NCBI GenBank assembly: GCA_964016885.1 | Contig: OZ024742.1 | Coordinates: 81,344,001 to 81,408,000 of the forward strand | Direction: 5' to 3' | DNA from: Eledone cirrhosa | Taxonomy: Eukaryota | Length of the DNA stretch: 64,000 nucleotides | Shown here: in pieces, positions 14,581 to 26,911 of the stretch | Numbering within the stretch: position 1 is the stretch's first letter | Layout of the letters: the number at the start of each line of letters is the position of its first letter | Program-made: the position numbers and the translations under genes | The notes under the pieces: model-generated | Seen by the model: the letters and a program-made list of their open reading frames with translations, nothing else | The model's database searches: none | What the model was told of the DNA's origin: nothing

Positions 14581-14689
14581 GGGGAGGGGCGTGCATGTGT
14601 GTGTGCCTGTAGGTGTGTGTGTGCCTGTAGGTGTGTGTGTGTGTGTGAGTCCCAGGTTCAATCGGGGATAAAAACCTCTTCATTCTAGT
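14454..14689. repeat. Palindrome with 46-bp perfect arms flanking (TA)n/(TG)n
   Basis: actagaatgaagagg...gggactcaca (14454-14499) and its exact reverse complement (14644-14689). Confidence 0.9.
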
Positions 14690-15028
14690 GTTGATTTAGA
14701 CATTTTTTTTACTGCTATTTCTAGCCTCATCATATACCCATTGCATTAACCTATTATATATAGGGTTATGTGGTCGTTTTATAATTCAACAAAGCAACGT
14801 GTTGGAGAGCAGGTCGTTTCGCCCTCAAAGTGGTATGTACACATTTTTCGCAAATTATTCCTCTGTCGAAAAAAAGAACGAATTCTTACATTGTTGCTTA
14901 GTTGAGTTGATAACAAACCCATATAGGGCAACGACTATTCCAAACTCAAATATAATTTTATAATCCAGAGAAAGATAGCATAAAATCAATTAAATAATTA
15001 AATGTAATCTAATCTTGGTCATTTTTAT

Positions 15029-15077
<49 letters not shown>

Positions 15078-16437
15078 CGGAGGAGGGGCATATTTGTGCA
15101 TTTATAAATTCATGCATGTTCGCATCAGAGTGAATTACAATTTGGGTTTCTTTATCATGAAACGTTCAAATCGGAAAGTATTTTTTAAGATCCACACCTT
15201 CAAGGATTTCGTGCACTTCAACATTAATATAATTATTCTCATTAGTAAATTTTCTTTAACTTCAATTACATCATTCTGTCATTAGTTTCCTTTAAATCTT
15301 TTTAAAACAATGTGTCAGAAATAAATTGAAAATAAATATTCAACGAAAAATTCAAATATAGAAATTTGTATTTCGTCTTTCTTAATTGTATTTCATTGTT
15401 TTGATTTTGAATTAAGCTTGATCAAATTATCATCGCATGTGGAAATATCTAATTAAACGTGGTTATAATTTCGATGAGAAACATTAAATACTGAAATGCA
15501 TTAAAAACAATATACTCAAAATGTATAAAATTAATCGGAAACTAAAAATCTTCGAATTAATTGATGACCACCCACGTGCATTCTAAGAAGTGCTGAAATA
15601 GTTGCAGCCAGTATATAGAATTTAAATTGATTAGGAAATGATAAAAATGTAAACCAAATAAAAATAATTAATAACGTTTATTTTATATTTTATTTAATCA
15701 TTCATATCCGCCTATTTTTTAAATAGAATTATTCATACTTTATACCGTAAATTATAATATTTATCGATGGTACAATACGGCATTTTAGAATTAATCGTTA
15801 CTGAAAAATATTATCGTACCATATACTCCCATGTTATATTGTATTTGTAGTACTACCTACATTTATAATACATAATATTGCATATATTATTTGTATACAT
15901 ATAAGGCTTTTAATGAAAAAAAAAGTAAAATCACTAGCACAGGTATTAAAAAAGGTTTGAAGAAAGTGAAACATATATGTATACGGGTACATATATTAAA
16001 TTACAGCTACTTGAGGAAATGTTTTGTTCATATACAGTTTGTATAGATTCTCAATTTAATTACTAATTTCCTAACCTAAACATATAAATATCTGATATTG
16101 TAAACAATTGAAAACATAAATAGAATGTCATAAGTATATATATACAATTATACATAATCGAAAATGATCACGAATGTACTTGACATCTCAAGGAAAAGAG
16201 ATCGCTAATAAGATCGTATTCAAAGAATGAAATATATGTACAAATCACTGAAGGGTGGATAAAACCTCATACCCTCGGGAGATACTCACATTCGAACAAC
16301 CTAAATAGAGGGAGCCTGGTCAGGATCCCTATATGTAGGTTGCTTCAATGTGTGTATAACGCTAGGGAATGATACTTGTAAAGTGGTCTTCTGAGTACTT
16401 TACTGCGAACTGACCCTTCAGTGATTTGTACAGGATA

Positions 16438-16584
<147 letters not shown>

Positions 16585-16595
16585 TACAATACATA

Positions 16596-16637
<42 letters not shown>

Positions 16638-16690
16638 GTGAAATAAAATAACAAGGACGATTGGTTACGCCTCCATCACGGTTATTGGTT

Positions 16691-16775
16691 GGTGACGCGC
16701 GTTTCGCCACTGATCAGCTCAAGGTTCGATCTGTATCGATCTGACCCGCCTCTGTAATCCGCGGCTTGTCAGACC
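16691..16775 (-). ncRNA. Type I hammerhead ribozyme motif (G8A variant, long stem II)
   Basis: Minus strand reads GGU CUGACAA GCCGC...GUGGC GAAAC GCGC GUC ACC. Confidence 0.6.
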
Positions 16776-16796
16776 CCTTGTAATAATCAATATGCA

Positions 16797-19700
16797 TTTG
16801 ACCGTTGGTCAGTCAATGATAAACATTAATATCAAATGAATTAACTATGGAGATATAAAATATGCAGAAGCGAAAAAAACAAAAACAGTGAGTGTGTTCA
16901 GTTATTATTTCTGGCATTATTATCACGATACGACGCTCCCCTACTCTAACAATATTTGTTTCGACACACGATTTCATATCAAAAACCTCGCAAATCAAAT
17001 TCATTGCCGTCATGGCATTAGCGTGTGCCAAGCTGACAGGTTATTGAAATACACTGTTTTCTGTTATATAAAAACTACGATAACAACAGAATAAGTTCGC
17101 TTCTTAAAACAGTTTCCTTCAAAATATACACGACAACATATTAAAACGAGTAAATAATTTAATATTAAACAAAACAAAAGCAGAACGCCTAAAACGCACG
17201 TAAACAGTCAATTTGAAAAGAATAACATATAGGAAAATTAACGAACTTTACAAACAGAAACGCTTTAACGTTAAGGAAATTCAAAATCTCATCTCACCAA
17301 ACGAGATAAATAAACTCACGAACATCATTCGTCATGAAACAAAATATGCTCAAACTAATGCAATAGACATTTCAATAAGAAATTAGGATGAAGGAGAAAA
17401 AAAAATGAAAAGAGAAAATAAGGCTTACAAAAATACCTGGATAAAATCGACAATATCCGTATGACAGATGTCACTTTACCAACAGAGTTTAGCCAAGACC
17501 ATACACTAAATATGTATGGTAACACTTTAGCCAGTGAACAGGAACAACAGATTCTACAACTCCAACCAAAATATGCAACATACAAAAATATAAATGCAGT
17601 TGAATGTATGACTGAGCTAGAAAGATGTTTCACGAAAATACGTTGGAATGCGAAAATAAACAACAACAATGCGGAAAACAACAATAATAACGAAAGTAGT
17701 AATATAAACAATAACTTTGAATATAGAAATAACAGCTATAATAGTAATAGTCATAACAATAATTATAGCAGGATAGAGGAAAATAGTAATAATAATGGTA
17801 ATAATGGAAATGTTAACGGTAGACAGAACAACAACAACAACAACAACCCTAATAACAATAATTATGACACACACAACTAAGACGATAGATATAATGACAA
17901 CCCCTTAGAGAAACTAGTCTTCAACCCAGCTGACAAAACATATAAGATGAGTAAAATTTATCCTACGAAGCTACCTTTTAATAAAAGAGTTTGTATACCA
18001 CAACATATAAATGAGCTAGAAATAAACTTAGACAAGTAGTAGACCGATATACTAAGAGTCAAAGCAGACAAGAGGTCCAACAACTTGGAGGGAAACCTGT
18101 AGAAGGCCTAGTTAGTCTCAAGCAGCGCACAAGGGATGGTGAGGTAGTGTGTCTACCCACATATAAATCTGGTAGGACGTCGATAGATAGCATGCCGGAC
18201 TATATCAAGGATATGCAACTCCATATCATCAACACGAGCGAAACTACACACAAAAACAATGAGGAGAGAGAGATCTTCAACGCTCACATAATGATGTGGA
18301 CCGACATCCTAACGCCAAGCAGACGCCAACAACTTCCAAGCGTCTAACAATGACATACCACACTTGTAAGGGCTCCCCAAAGCCCATAAGACAGGATCGC
18401 CAATAAGACCTCTATGCGGAGCCAATATGGCTGGCAACTACTGGATCTCCTACTTCCTTCCGAGTGTTATTCGCCCCATAATTAAGATGTCCCCAGATGC
18501 ATGTGACATTACAGAGGACCTCCTCAGCAGAATCAATGAGTGCAACAAAAGAAAAAACTTATCTAACTGCATAATAGGCAGTATGGATGTGGTATAACTG
18601 TACCCATCCATTAACATTGATTTTTCTGTCGAAAAATGTGTGGAAATAATATAATGAGAGTGAGGTGGAGACTGCGACGTCGACACAGATGAACTGCATC
18701 TCCTATATATACTTACATGTGACTCCGAGTACCTAGATAACCATGACCTTAGCCAACCTCAATGGCAAACATGACTCCGATGGGAAGATGGAATGGGTGG
18801 ACCAAAGCCTTATGGACACCCCAAAACAATGATCAGGTGAGAAAAAAGGTCGCGCATGCAATAGGGGCTAGTATTATAACTACCCTAGAGGGCCATATAT
18901 TCACATTCAATGAAAAGGTCTACACCCAAAATGAGGGAGAAGACATTGGTGTCAGCATGGCTGGTGATGTTGCCAATCTATTTATGGTATGGCCGGAATG
19001 ATCTCCTTAAAGAGAGCTCCATAGACCTCGTCATGTACTCTCGTTACATAGACGATATTAATATAGTAATAAGGACACCCCCACAATAGAGTACTAACGA
19101 ACATGATTTAGAATATAGCACAATGGAAAGCATCCAGCAGATAGTTAACTCCATACACCAAAGTATAACTGTAACTATTGCCTACCTTTCCTAACACCCT
19201 AACAATAGACTACCTGTATTAGACAGGGAACTCTGGATTAACACTACATACGAGAGGGCCCAAATTCTCCACTCACACTATGCTAAGCCCATCGCCTCCA
19301 AACACCTGATACTCAAAAACTCAGCAATGTCCAGTACTGCTAAGTTTAATATTCTGATCGCAGATTTTGTACGAGTGGTGACGAACGTGTCCCGCATGTC
19401 CGACCCAACTGAACATGAAAGACACATCCAACACTTCATCAACCACATGCAGTCCTTTGGCTACAACCAAAGAGACAGAATCAGAGTATACAAAGGAGCC
19501 ACGGAGAAGTATAAGACCCTTATAGAACTAGACATGAAAGGAATTTGCCCATTATACAGGAGCAAATCATGGAATAGCTTAGATAGGACTAAACATAAGA
19601 TAGCGAAAGCCACCTCATGGTACTACAACCAGAGATAACAGAGTGTCATGTTCGTGGATGCTACCTCCGGAGGGAAATTAGCTAACCAATGTAGAAAGGC

Positions 19701-20706
19701 CCTAAGAAAGACCCACTTAAAGATTAAATTGGTAGAAAAGCCAGGAACTACCATAAAATCCCTGATAAGCAAAACATACCCCTTTAAGAAAACCCACTGT
19801 ACTAATAAGAAATGTATTATATGTAAACTAAACCTCCAGATAAACTGTAAAACTAGAAATGTAGTCTATAGCATAAGATGTACAGAGGATACTTGCAGAA
19901 ACATGAGAACGACATACAAAGGTGACACAGCTCGTAGCATATGACAAATAATAGAACAACACTGGGGGGAATTAAAAGGACAGAAATAAAACGATTCAGT
20001 ATTATACGAACACGCCAGACAACAACATGACTGTAGCATAGACAACATAGGAATTAAAATAATATCTAAACATAGAAATGAGTCAACTGGTAGCCAAATA
20101 AGAGAAGTGAGCGAAATAGAGCTTAGAAACCCAAATTTAAACAGAAAAAATGAATGTGATAACAACAAGAACCATACCCAAACAAATAATACTGTCTTAA
20201 GAGACATATAAATAAATAAATAAATAAATAAATAAACAAATAAATAAATAAATATATACACAAGTACCATAACATCAAACACATGTAAACACACACTAAT
20301 AAACAGAAATAGAATACAAAAACCAAAACACATACACCCAAACGCGAACACACGCACAAAACATTATACACACACGGAAACGCATGCGCAGAGACGGAGA
20401 AAAAAATATATATATAAATAAAAAATGGCGTAGGCACTACAATACATTGCAATACAATAGGAGGAAACATTATAATAGTACCACTGATGATGTTGCAGAT
20501 GTGCAACGAAAGAACTTTGTTAGACTATGTATGTATATTTATATATCTATAGTTGACCGTTGGTCAGTCAATGATAAATATTGATGGCCAAATGAATTAA
20601 GTATGGAGATGTAAAAGATACAGAAGCGAAAACCAACCAGTGAGTGTGTTCAGTTATTATTTCTGGCAATATTATTACAACAATATGACCCTCCTCAAGT
20701 ATAACA
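16797..20706 (+). mobile_element. Near full-length decayed Penelope-like element (family 2) with direct partial pLTRs
   Basis: 16797-16951 is repeated at 20553-20706; interrupted ORF with IIGSMDVV.LYPSI, IGVSMAGDVANLFMVW, YSRYIDDI, CTNKKCIIC and NVVYSIRC (GIY-YIG); hammerhead at 20479-20522. Confidence 0.9.
20479..20522 (+). ncRNA. Minimal type I hammerhead in PLE pLTR
   Basis: UACCA CUGAUGA U GUUGCA GAUG UGCAAC GAAA GAAC UU UGUUA. Confidence 0.7.
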
Positions 20707-20723
20707 ATATATATATATATATA

Positions 20724-22246
20724 TGACAATAGGGAGAAAAAGACGATTATTTGGGAAACAAATATTCTTTTTTCCTTTTTTATCTTTTTCACTTTTTCTC
20801 TTTTTTCTGAGTTACAAAATGTTTAAAACAAAATATTGTAATTTGTGTGAAGTGTTAAGGTATTAGTTAATTTATTTATTAATTAACAATGGCATTTATT
20901 TATTTATTTATATATTTTATAATTGTCTATTACCGGCTTCACCATTTTTATGAATTATCAAAAGGGGGAATATGTATTGGTGTAGAATGGTGATGTTAAA
21001 CATGTTAACGAAATGGTGAAGAAAGAATAATGTTATTTACAAACAAGATTTTTGAAGTGAAAAGAAAAGAGAAAAAAACGGGGGATAATGTGGAACATAA
21101 GGCAATGGGAATGAAAAAAATAATAATATTATTTACAGGCATAGTTCTTGAAGATCAGCTGTTCAAAATGTGTTAATATTACAAGAGTGCTTAGTTGATC
21201 CATGATGGAGGCAAATTGGTAGTCTGGGGTTTGATATGATTTCTTTTTTTAGAGAGTTAATATGCAGGGGGAGGTAATTCAGGCTGGTCAGGTAGGTGAG
21301 AGAGGGTATATAATGTATATAAGAAAAACGGATTAGGTAGGGTGTGAGGGAGGTAACTCTTTAGAGAAACAGGTATTTGGATTTGGTTCCTTGTTCGTTC
21401 CAGTTTTAGTTTAGTCCGACGTTTAGTGCATTAAGTAGTGGTTGGAATTTGTTAATGAAGTACGTTTCCTTATTGGTACGTTGGATGAAATTAGCGTTGT
21501 CTATGAATTTATAAATGGGGAAAATGTTAAAGTTTGGATGTTGGTTGCGTGCCCAATTGGTGATATGATCACGAAACGCAATCTTTCTGTATTCTTGTAT
21601 TTTGATTTGTGATCTACGGACCTTCATCCGTTTTCGGAGGCGGTTTTTTGTCTGTCCTATGTAGTGCACTTGATAACCTGAGCAGGTCAAAACATAGATT
21701 AGGTTTTCAGATGCACATGTAAAGTTGTGTTTAACTGTGAAATGTTTTCCTTGTTTAAAATGGATTGTTGAACTTTCTATTAGATTTATGCATATGCCAC
21801 AGTTGGGCCTTCTGCATTTTGTTACTGTAGGGTTCATTGTAACGTTTGGTTGGATTTTGGCTTGTGTGAGGATGCTTTTCTATGGATTTATGTTGTCTTT
21901 TGCTTTTTATCATGTTGTAAGTTTGGAGGATTTTGTTCATTCTTGGGTCTCTTTTTAGCAAATGAATGTTCTGGAGGATGGTGTCGAATGCCTATTTTTT
22001 GAGGGGGTTGTGTGTGGAGATGTATGGTAGAGTTTTCTGTTGCGGTTCATTCATGGGTTAGGGGTGTTGAGTTCCTGGATGTTGAGTTTTAGGGCACGTT
22101 TGAATCCATTGTTGATTAGGGATGGTGGGTAGTTTCTGCTGATAAGTGTGTTCTTTAATTATTCTAGTCGTGTGTACCATGTGTATTTATCTGAAACTAT
22201 TGTGGAGATCCTTTTGGATAGTTTATAAGGAATTGCCATTTTAGTA
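20724..22246 (-). mobile_element. PLE family 3 (Cys-linker GIY-YIG type), left arm of inverted dimer
   Basis: ORF 21406-21837: KCRRPNCGIC...FTCASENLIYVLTC...HYIGQT...RKRM...ETYFINKFQPLLN. Confidence 0.85.
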
Positions 22247-22292
22247 AACTTAATAAGTATATCTATACTTTCATGCCATGAAAGTATAGATA

Positions 22293-23974
22293 GACACATT
22301 GAGTTTCAAACACTTCTAAATATACTGAAAACAAACTTACAATTTACAATGGATTACAGCCATGAACAACTCCCTTCCTCGATATCCTCATCAAGAAAAC
22401 AAACAACAAAATTGAAAGAGACATATACAACAAACCACTGACTCCAAACAATATCTTCCATTCAACTCGTGCGATCCTCGCCATACCAAAATGGCACTCC
22501 TAATAACCTAGCCAGAAGGATCTGCACAATAGTTTCAGATAAATACACATGCTACACACGACTAGAAGAATTAAAAAACACACTTATCAGCAGAAATTAC
22601 CCACCGTCCCTAGTGCCATAAAGCTCAACATCCTGGAACTCAGACACCCCAAACCCAGGAATGAACCGCAACAGAAAACTCTACCATACATCTCCACACA
22701 CAACCCCCTCAACAATGAGGCATTCGGCACCATCCTCCAGAACATGCCTTTACTAAAAAGAGTCCCAAGAATGAAACAAAATCCTCCAAACACACAACAT
22801 CATAGAGAGCAAACGACAACCTAAATCCATATAAAACATCCTCACACAAGCCAAAATCCAAACGACCTCACAATTAACCCTACAGTAAAGAAATGCGGAA
22901 GGGCCAACTGAGGCATATGCATAAATCTAATATAAGGTTCAACATACCATTTTAAACAAAGAAAACATTTCACAGTTAAACACAACTTTACATGTGCATC
23001 TGAAAACCTAATCTATATTTTGACCGGATGATGTTGTCAAGAGCACTACATAGGAGAGACAAAAAGCAGCCTGCGTCAACGTATGACCGCCCATAGATCA
23101 CAAATCAAAATACTGGAATACAGAAAGATTGCGTTTAGTGAACATATTGCCAACTGTGCACGCAACCAACATCCAAATTTTAAAATTTTCCACATTTACA
23201 AATTCATAGACAACGCTACTTTCATCCATCGTACGAATAAGGAAGCTTACTTCATTAACAAATTCCAACCTCTAATTAATGGACTAAAGATCGGACTAAA
23301 CTAAAACTGGAACGAACAATGAACGAAATCCAAATACCTATGTTTCTCTAAAGAGTTACATCCCTACACCCTACCTAATCCTTTTTCTTATATAAATTAT
23401 ATACACTCTCTCACCTACCTGACCACCCTGAATTACCTCCCCCTGCATATTAACTCTCTAAAAAGAGAAATCATATCAAACCCCACACTACCATTTGGAT
23501 CAAGCACTCTTGGATAAGCACTCTTGCTATATTTGGATAAGCACTCTTGCATTATTAACACATGTTGAACTTTTTATCTTCAAGAATTATGCCTGTAAAT
23601 AATATTATTATTTTTTTCATTCCCATTGCCTTACGTTTCACATTACACCACTTTTTTTCTTTTTTCTTTTCACTTGAAAAACCTTGTTTTTAAATAACAT
23701 TATTCTTTCCTCGCCATTTCGTTAACATGTCCAATACCACCATTCTACATGAATACATATTCCAACCTTTGATAATGCGTAACAATGCTGAAACCGGTAA
23801 TAGACAATTATTAAATATATAAATAAATATATAAATGCCATTGTTAATGAATAAATAAATTAACTAATACCTTAACACTTCAAACAAACTAAAATGTTTT
23901 GTTTTAATCATTTTCTAGACCAGAAAAAAGAAAAAAAATATTTTTCTTCATAATAATCGTCTTTTTTTCCCTAC

Positions 23975-23980
<6 letters not shown>
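22293..23980 (+). mobile_element. PLE family 3, right arm (RT thumb, GIY-YIG, 3' UTR)
   Basis: QFTMD...LPFLD-like, YNKPT, PYISTHNP and YIGET motifs; 22480-23980 is a diverged reverse complement of 20724-22246. Confidence 0.85.
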
Positions 23981-24031
<51 letters not shown>

Positions 24032-24165
24032 ATATAGTAAGGTGCATTATTGGTTGTGTAAAATGGTCCAATAACTTTATGTTAGCAATATTAAGTTCTC
24101 CACGCATTTGTATATCTCTAATTCCATTCGAGGGAACAGCTAGATGATGTAACACGGAGTATAAG

Positions 24166-24522
24166 TATCAAAATGAAAAGCCGAAAGCAAGGTAAAATTC
24201 CAATAATTTAATCTCGACGCATAATTCAATAAGAGATAGATCGATTGTGAAGCCATGATCGATTATCACTGATCTCATCAGGTGAAAATGAAATGTCTTC
24301 AATTTTTTGATATGAGGGAGAAAAAATAACGATGTCCTTTCACAGAATATGAGGGAATGAGATGAGGGAAAGAATTCTGTGAGAGAACATCGTCATTTCT
24401 TCTCCCTCATATCAATGATATCAGTGATAATCGATGATGGCTTCACAATCGATCTATCTCTTATTGAAACATACGTCGTGATCAAATGATTGGAATTTTA
24501 CCTTGCCTTCGGATTTTCATTT

Positions 24523-24526
<4 letters not shown>
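24166..24526. repeat. Fold-back element with hammerhead-like remnant
   Basis: Arms 24166-24348 and 24374-24526 (with an indel); atcgatgatgg...gaaacatacgtc in the right arm. Confidence 0.8.
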
Positions 24527-24591
<65 letters not shown>

Positions 24592-25394
24592 ACTAAGCCT
24601 GCACTTATATTATTTTCTCCTAGATGTAATAATTGACTAATTCATTTAATTAGACAATTCTGTTGATTGGTTAATTATTTGTGTTTGTTTAATAACATCT
24701 AGTTGAGGGCTTTATTCTGAATGTTAGCTGAAATTATAATATTTCCTTTGTCTAACACTTTGAATCTACCCGCCAAAAACCTGGGTTTGCTTCTCTTTTT
24801 GGAAATAACACGTGACAACTAAATGTACGATTCGCTTGCTCATAGCAGCACCATTTAGCGTCCGCTCCGACATTTAGCAGAACAAAATCCCTGTTGATGA
24901 AATGAGTCCTGTGTTCGATCATGGAATTCCACGAGCGTGCCTGTTACGTAAGTTTGATATTTGATTTCGGATACATAGAAACAATTTAAACGTATAACGT
25001 TTGATTTGTCCAAGTGTATCCTTTCAACCTGTTAGTTTTTACGTTACTTTGTTATTGCGTGTTAGATTTTTCCTACCACAATGTTCAATTTGTGAAGCTA
25101 TTTAAACGTATGATATTACTCTAACGACCTACCCTTATTGAGTGATTTGCTAACTCATTCATATGGTAGGTCGACCTTGATTGCCCACAGCCCAAGGTTC
25201 GATTTTACTAAGCCTTCACTTATATATATATATCCTAACTCGTGTGCTCATTCTCCACATTTTATTATTATTATTATTATATATATATTTATATAAGAAC
25301 AATCTCCACGCTCCACATATGACGTATTATCTTCCCTTTTTACGTTCATTGCCAAAGAACGTCTCTATGAACCACCTAAGAGAACATTAGTCTA

Positions 25395-25753
25395 AACTTC
25401 TTTTATACCATAAACGTGGTCCTGTCTTTGCGTGTAATTGTTTTTCTCCGCTCCTATTAATAACGTATTATATTCGTTTGTTCCCGTTCATTGCCAGGGA
25501 ACGTTTCCACGAACCAAAGTATCGTCTTCCTGTTTTCCTCGGGTTGCAACGTTTTTTGAAATATCCACTTCTGCGTTTACAGATTGACTTTGTTAGTTTC
25601 AGAAGATGCCGTTAAGGGTGAAAGCAGCGATTCTTTGCTTAAACTTTAATCTGTTATTTTAATAAATATTTGCTCTACGGTTCTTATATATTTGATATAT
25701 ATTTAATCCTTATCGAGCCCTCTTTGGATTTTAGTCTTCAAATTTATTATTAT

Positions 25754-25757
<4 letters not shown>
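25395..25757. repeat. Dispersed copy of the 6722-7060 element, opposite orientation
   Basis: Reverse complement of 6722-7060 with small indels; ends in (TA)n. Confidence 0.85.
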
Positions 25758-25834
<77 letters not shown>

Positions 25835-25941
25835 ACCATATGTGTGCATGTATGTATATATATACATACTACTGTACGTCTGTATAAATATATGTATGTA
25901 CGTATACATACTTATATATAAGTAATAGCCGTTATATATAA

Positions 25942-25993
<52 letters not shown>

Positions 25994-26141
25994 AAATACA
26001 GAGATACATGCGAACACGTACATATGCATGAATATATCCACTTATATCCCCGAATTTGTGGAGCCAACCTCAACCGTTGTTGCTCTATGATTGACTGGGA
26101 AACAATAATCCGAATGGATTAGATTGATTCAGTATCAGAGC

Positions 26142-26886
26142 TATATAATACATTATAAAGAAAGAAGAGACATTAGATATAATTAATAAAATATACCATA
26201 CCCAAATGTCTTTATTACTCCTCGACTACATAGTTTCGTGGCATATTATGCAAAAACACTACATCACAGAGATGAAGTATTTTTGTGAGATTTGCCGATT
26301 TCTCAAGAAGATACCTCATTGAGAGTTTCAAAACACATCCGTAGGACGCGAGATAGAATCCCAAAAGGCGGAGGGGGAGTCAATCACGTGTACAGTGGTC
26401 AAGAAACAGAGCTAAGCCTCTTACAACCAAGAAAGTAATACCACAAAGACGGAGGGCATATTTATATCAAAGCCCTAGAAGAGATGGCTAGGATGGCGAG
26501 AAGTTTGAGTAATGATAGCTATCCAGCAGTCACTGCACTTCAATGGTTACTCTACCATAGGGAGTTATAAACAATATAGAAAAATACACAGATACATGCG
26601 AACACATACATATACATGAATACATCTACATAATATGTAATGATATCATAAGTCTGTAACTAAATAGCGCTTCTATTGTTATTTTGCCCATCACTACCTT
26701 TAGATTATCAGGCCACATCCACGTGATAAGTCGGCAAACCTCATAAAAATAGTGCATCTCTGTGATGTGGTGTTTTTGCATAATATGCCACGAAACTACG
26801 TAGACGAGGAGTAATCAAGAAATTTGGGTATCGTATATCTTATTAAATATATCTAATGTTTCTTCTTTCTATATAATGTATTATAT
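26142..26886. repeat. Inverted-repeat element (arms 26142-26300 and 26730-26886) with hammerhead-like motif
   Basis: Both arms carry catctctgtgatg...atatgccacgaaacta(c/t)gtag. Confidence 0.8.
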
Positions 26887-26911
26887 ATATATATAAATAT
26901 ATATATATATA

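Noticed and set aside
16235-16433. ~20-bp inverted repeat (tgtacaaatcactgaagggt) plus a short match to 50655-50672
   Set aside because: Too short to define an element or to serve as the unedited parent of the 50.5-kb hairpin.
22893-23045. In-frame TGA at a Cys position in the PLE zinc linker (CGRAN*GIC), suggesting selenocysteine as reported for some Naiad PLEs
   Set aside because: The sister arm has TGT (Cys) there, this arm has other stops and frameshifts, and no SECIS was identified; simple decay is more likely.
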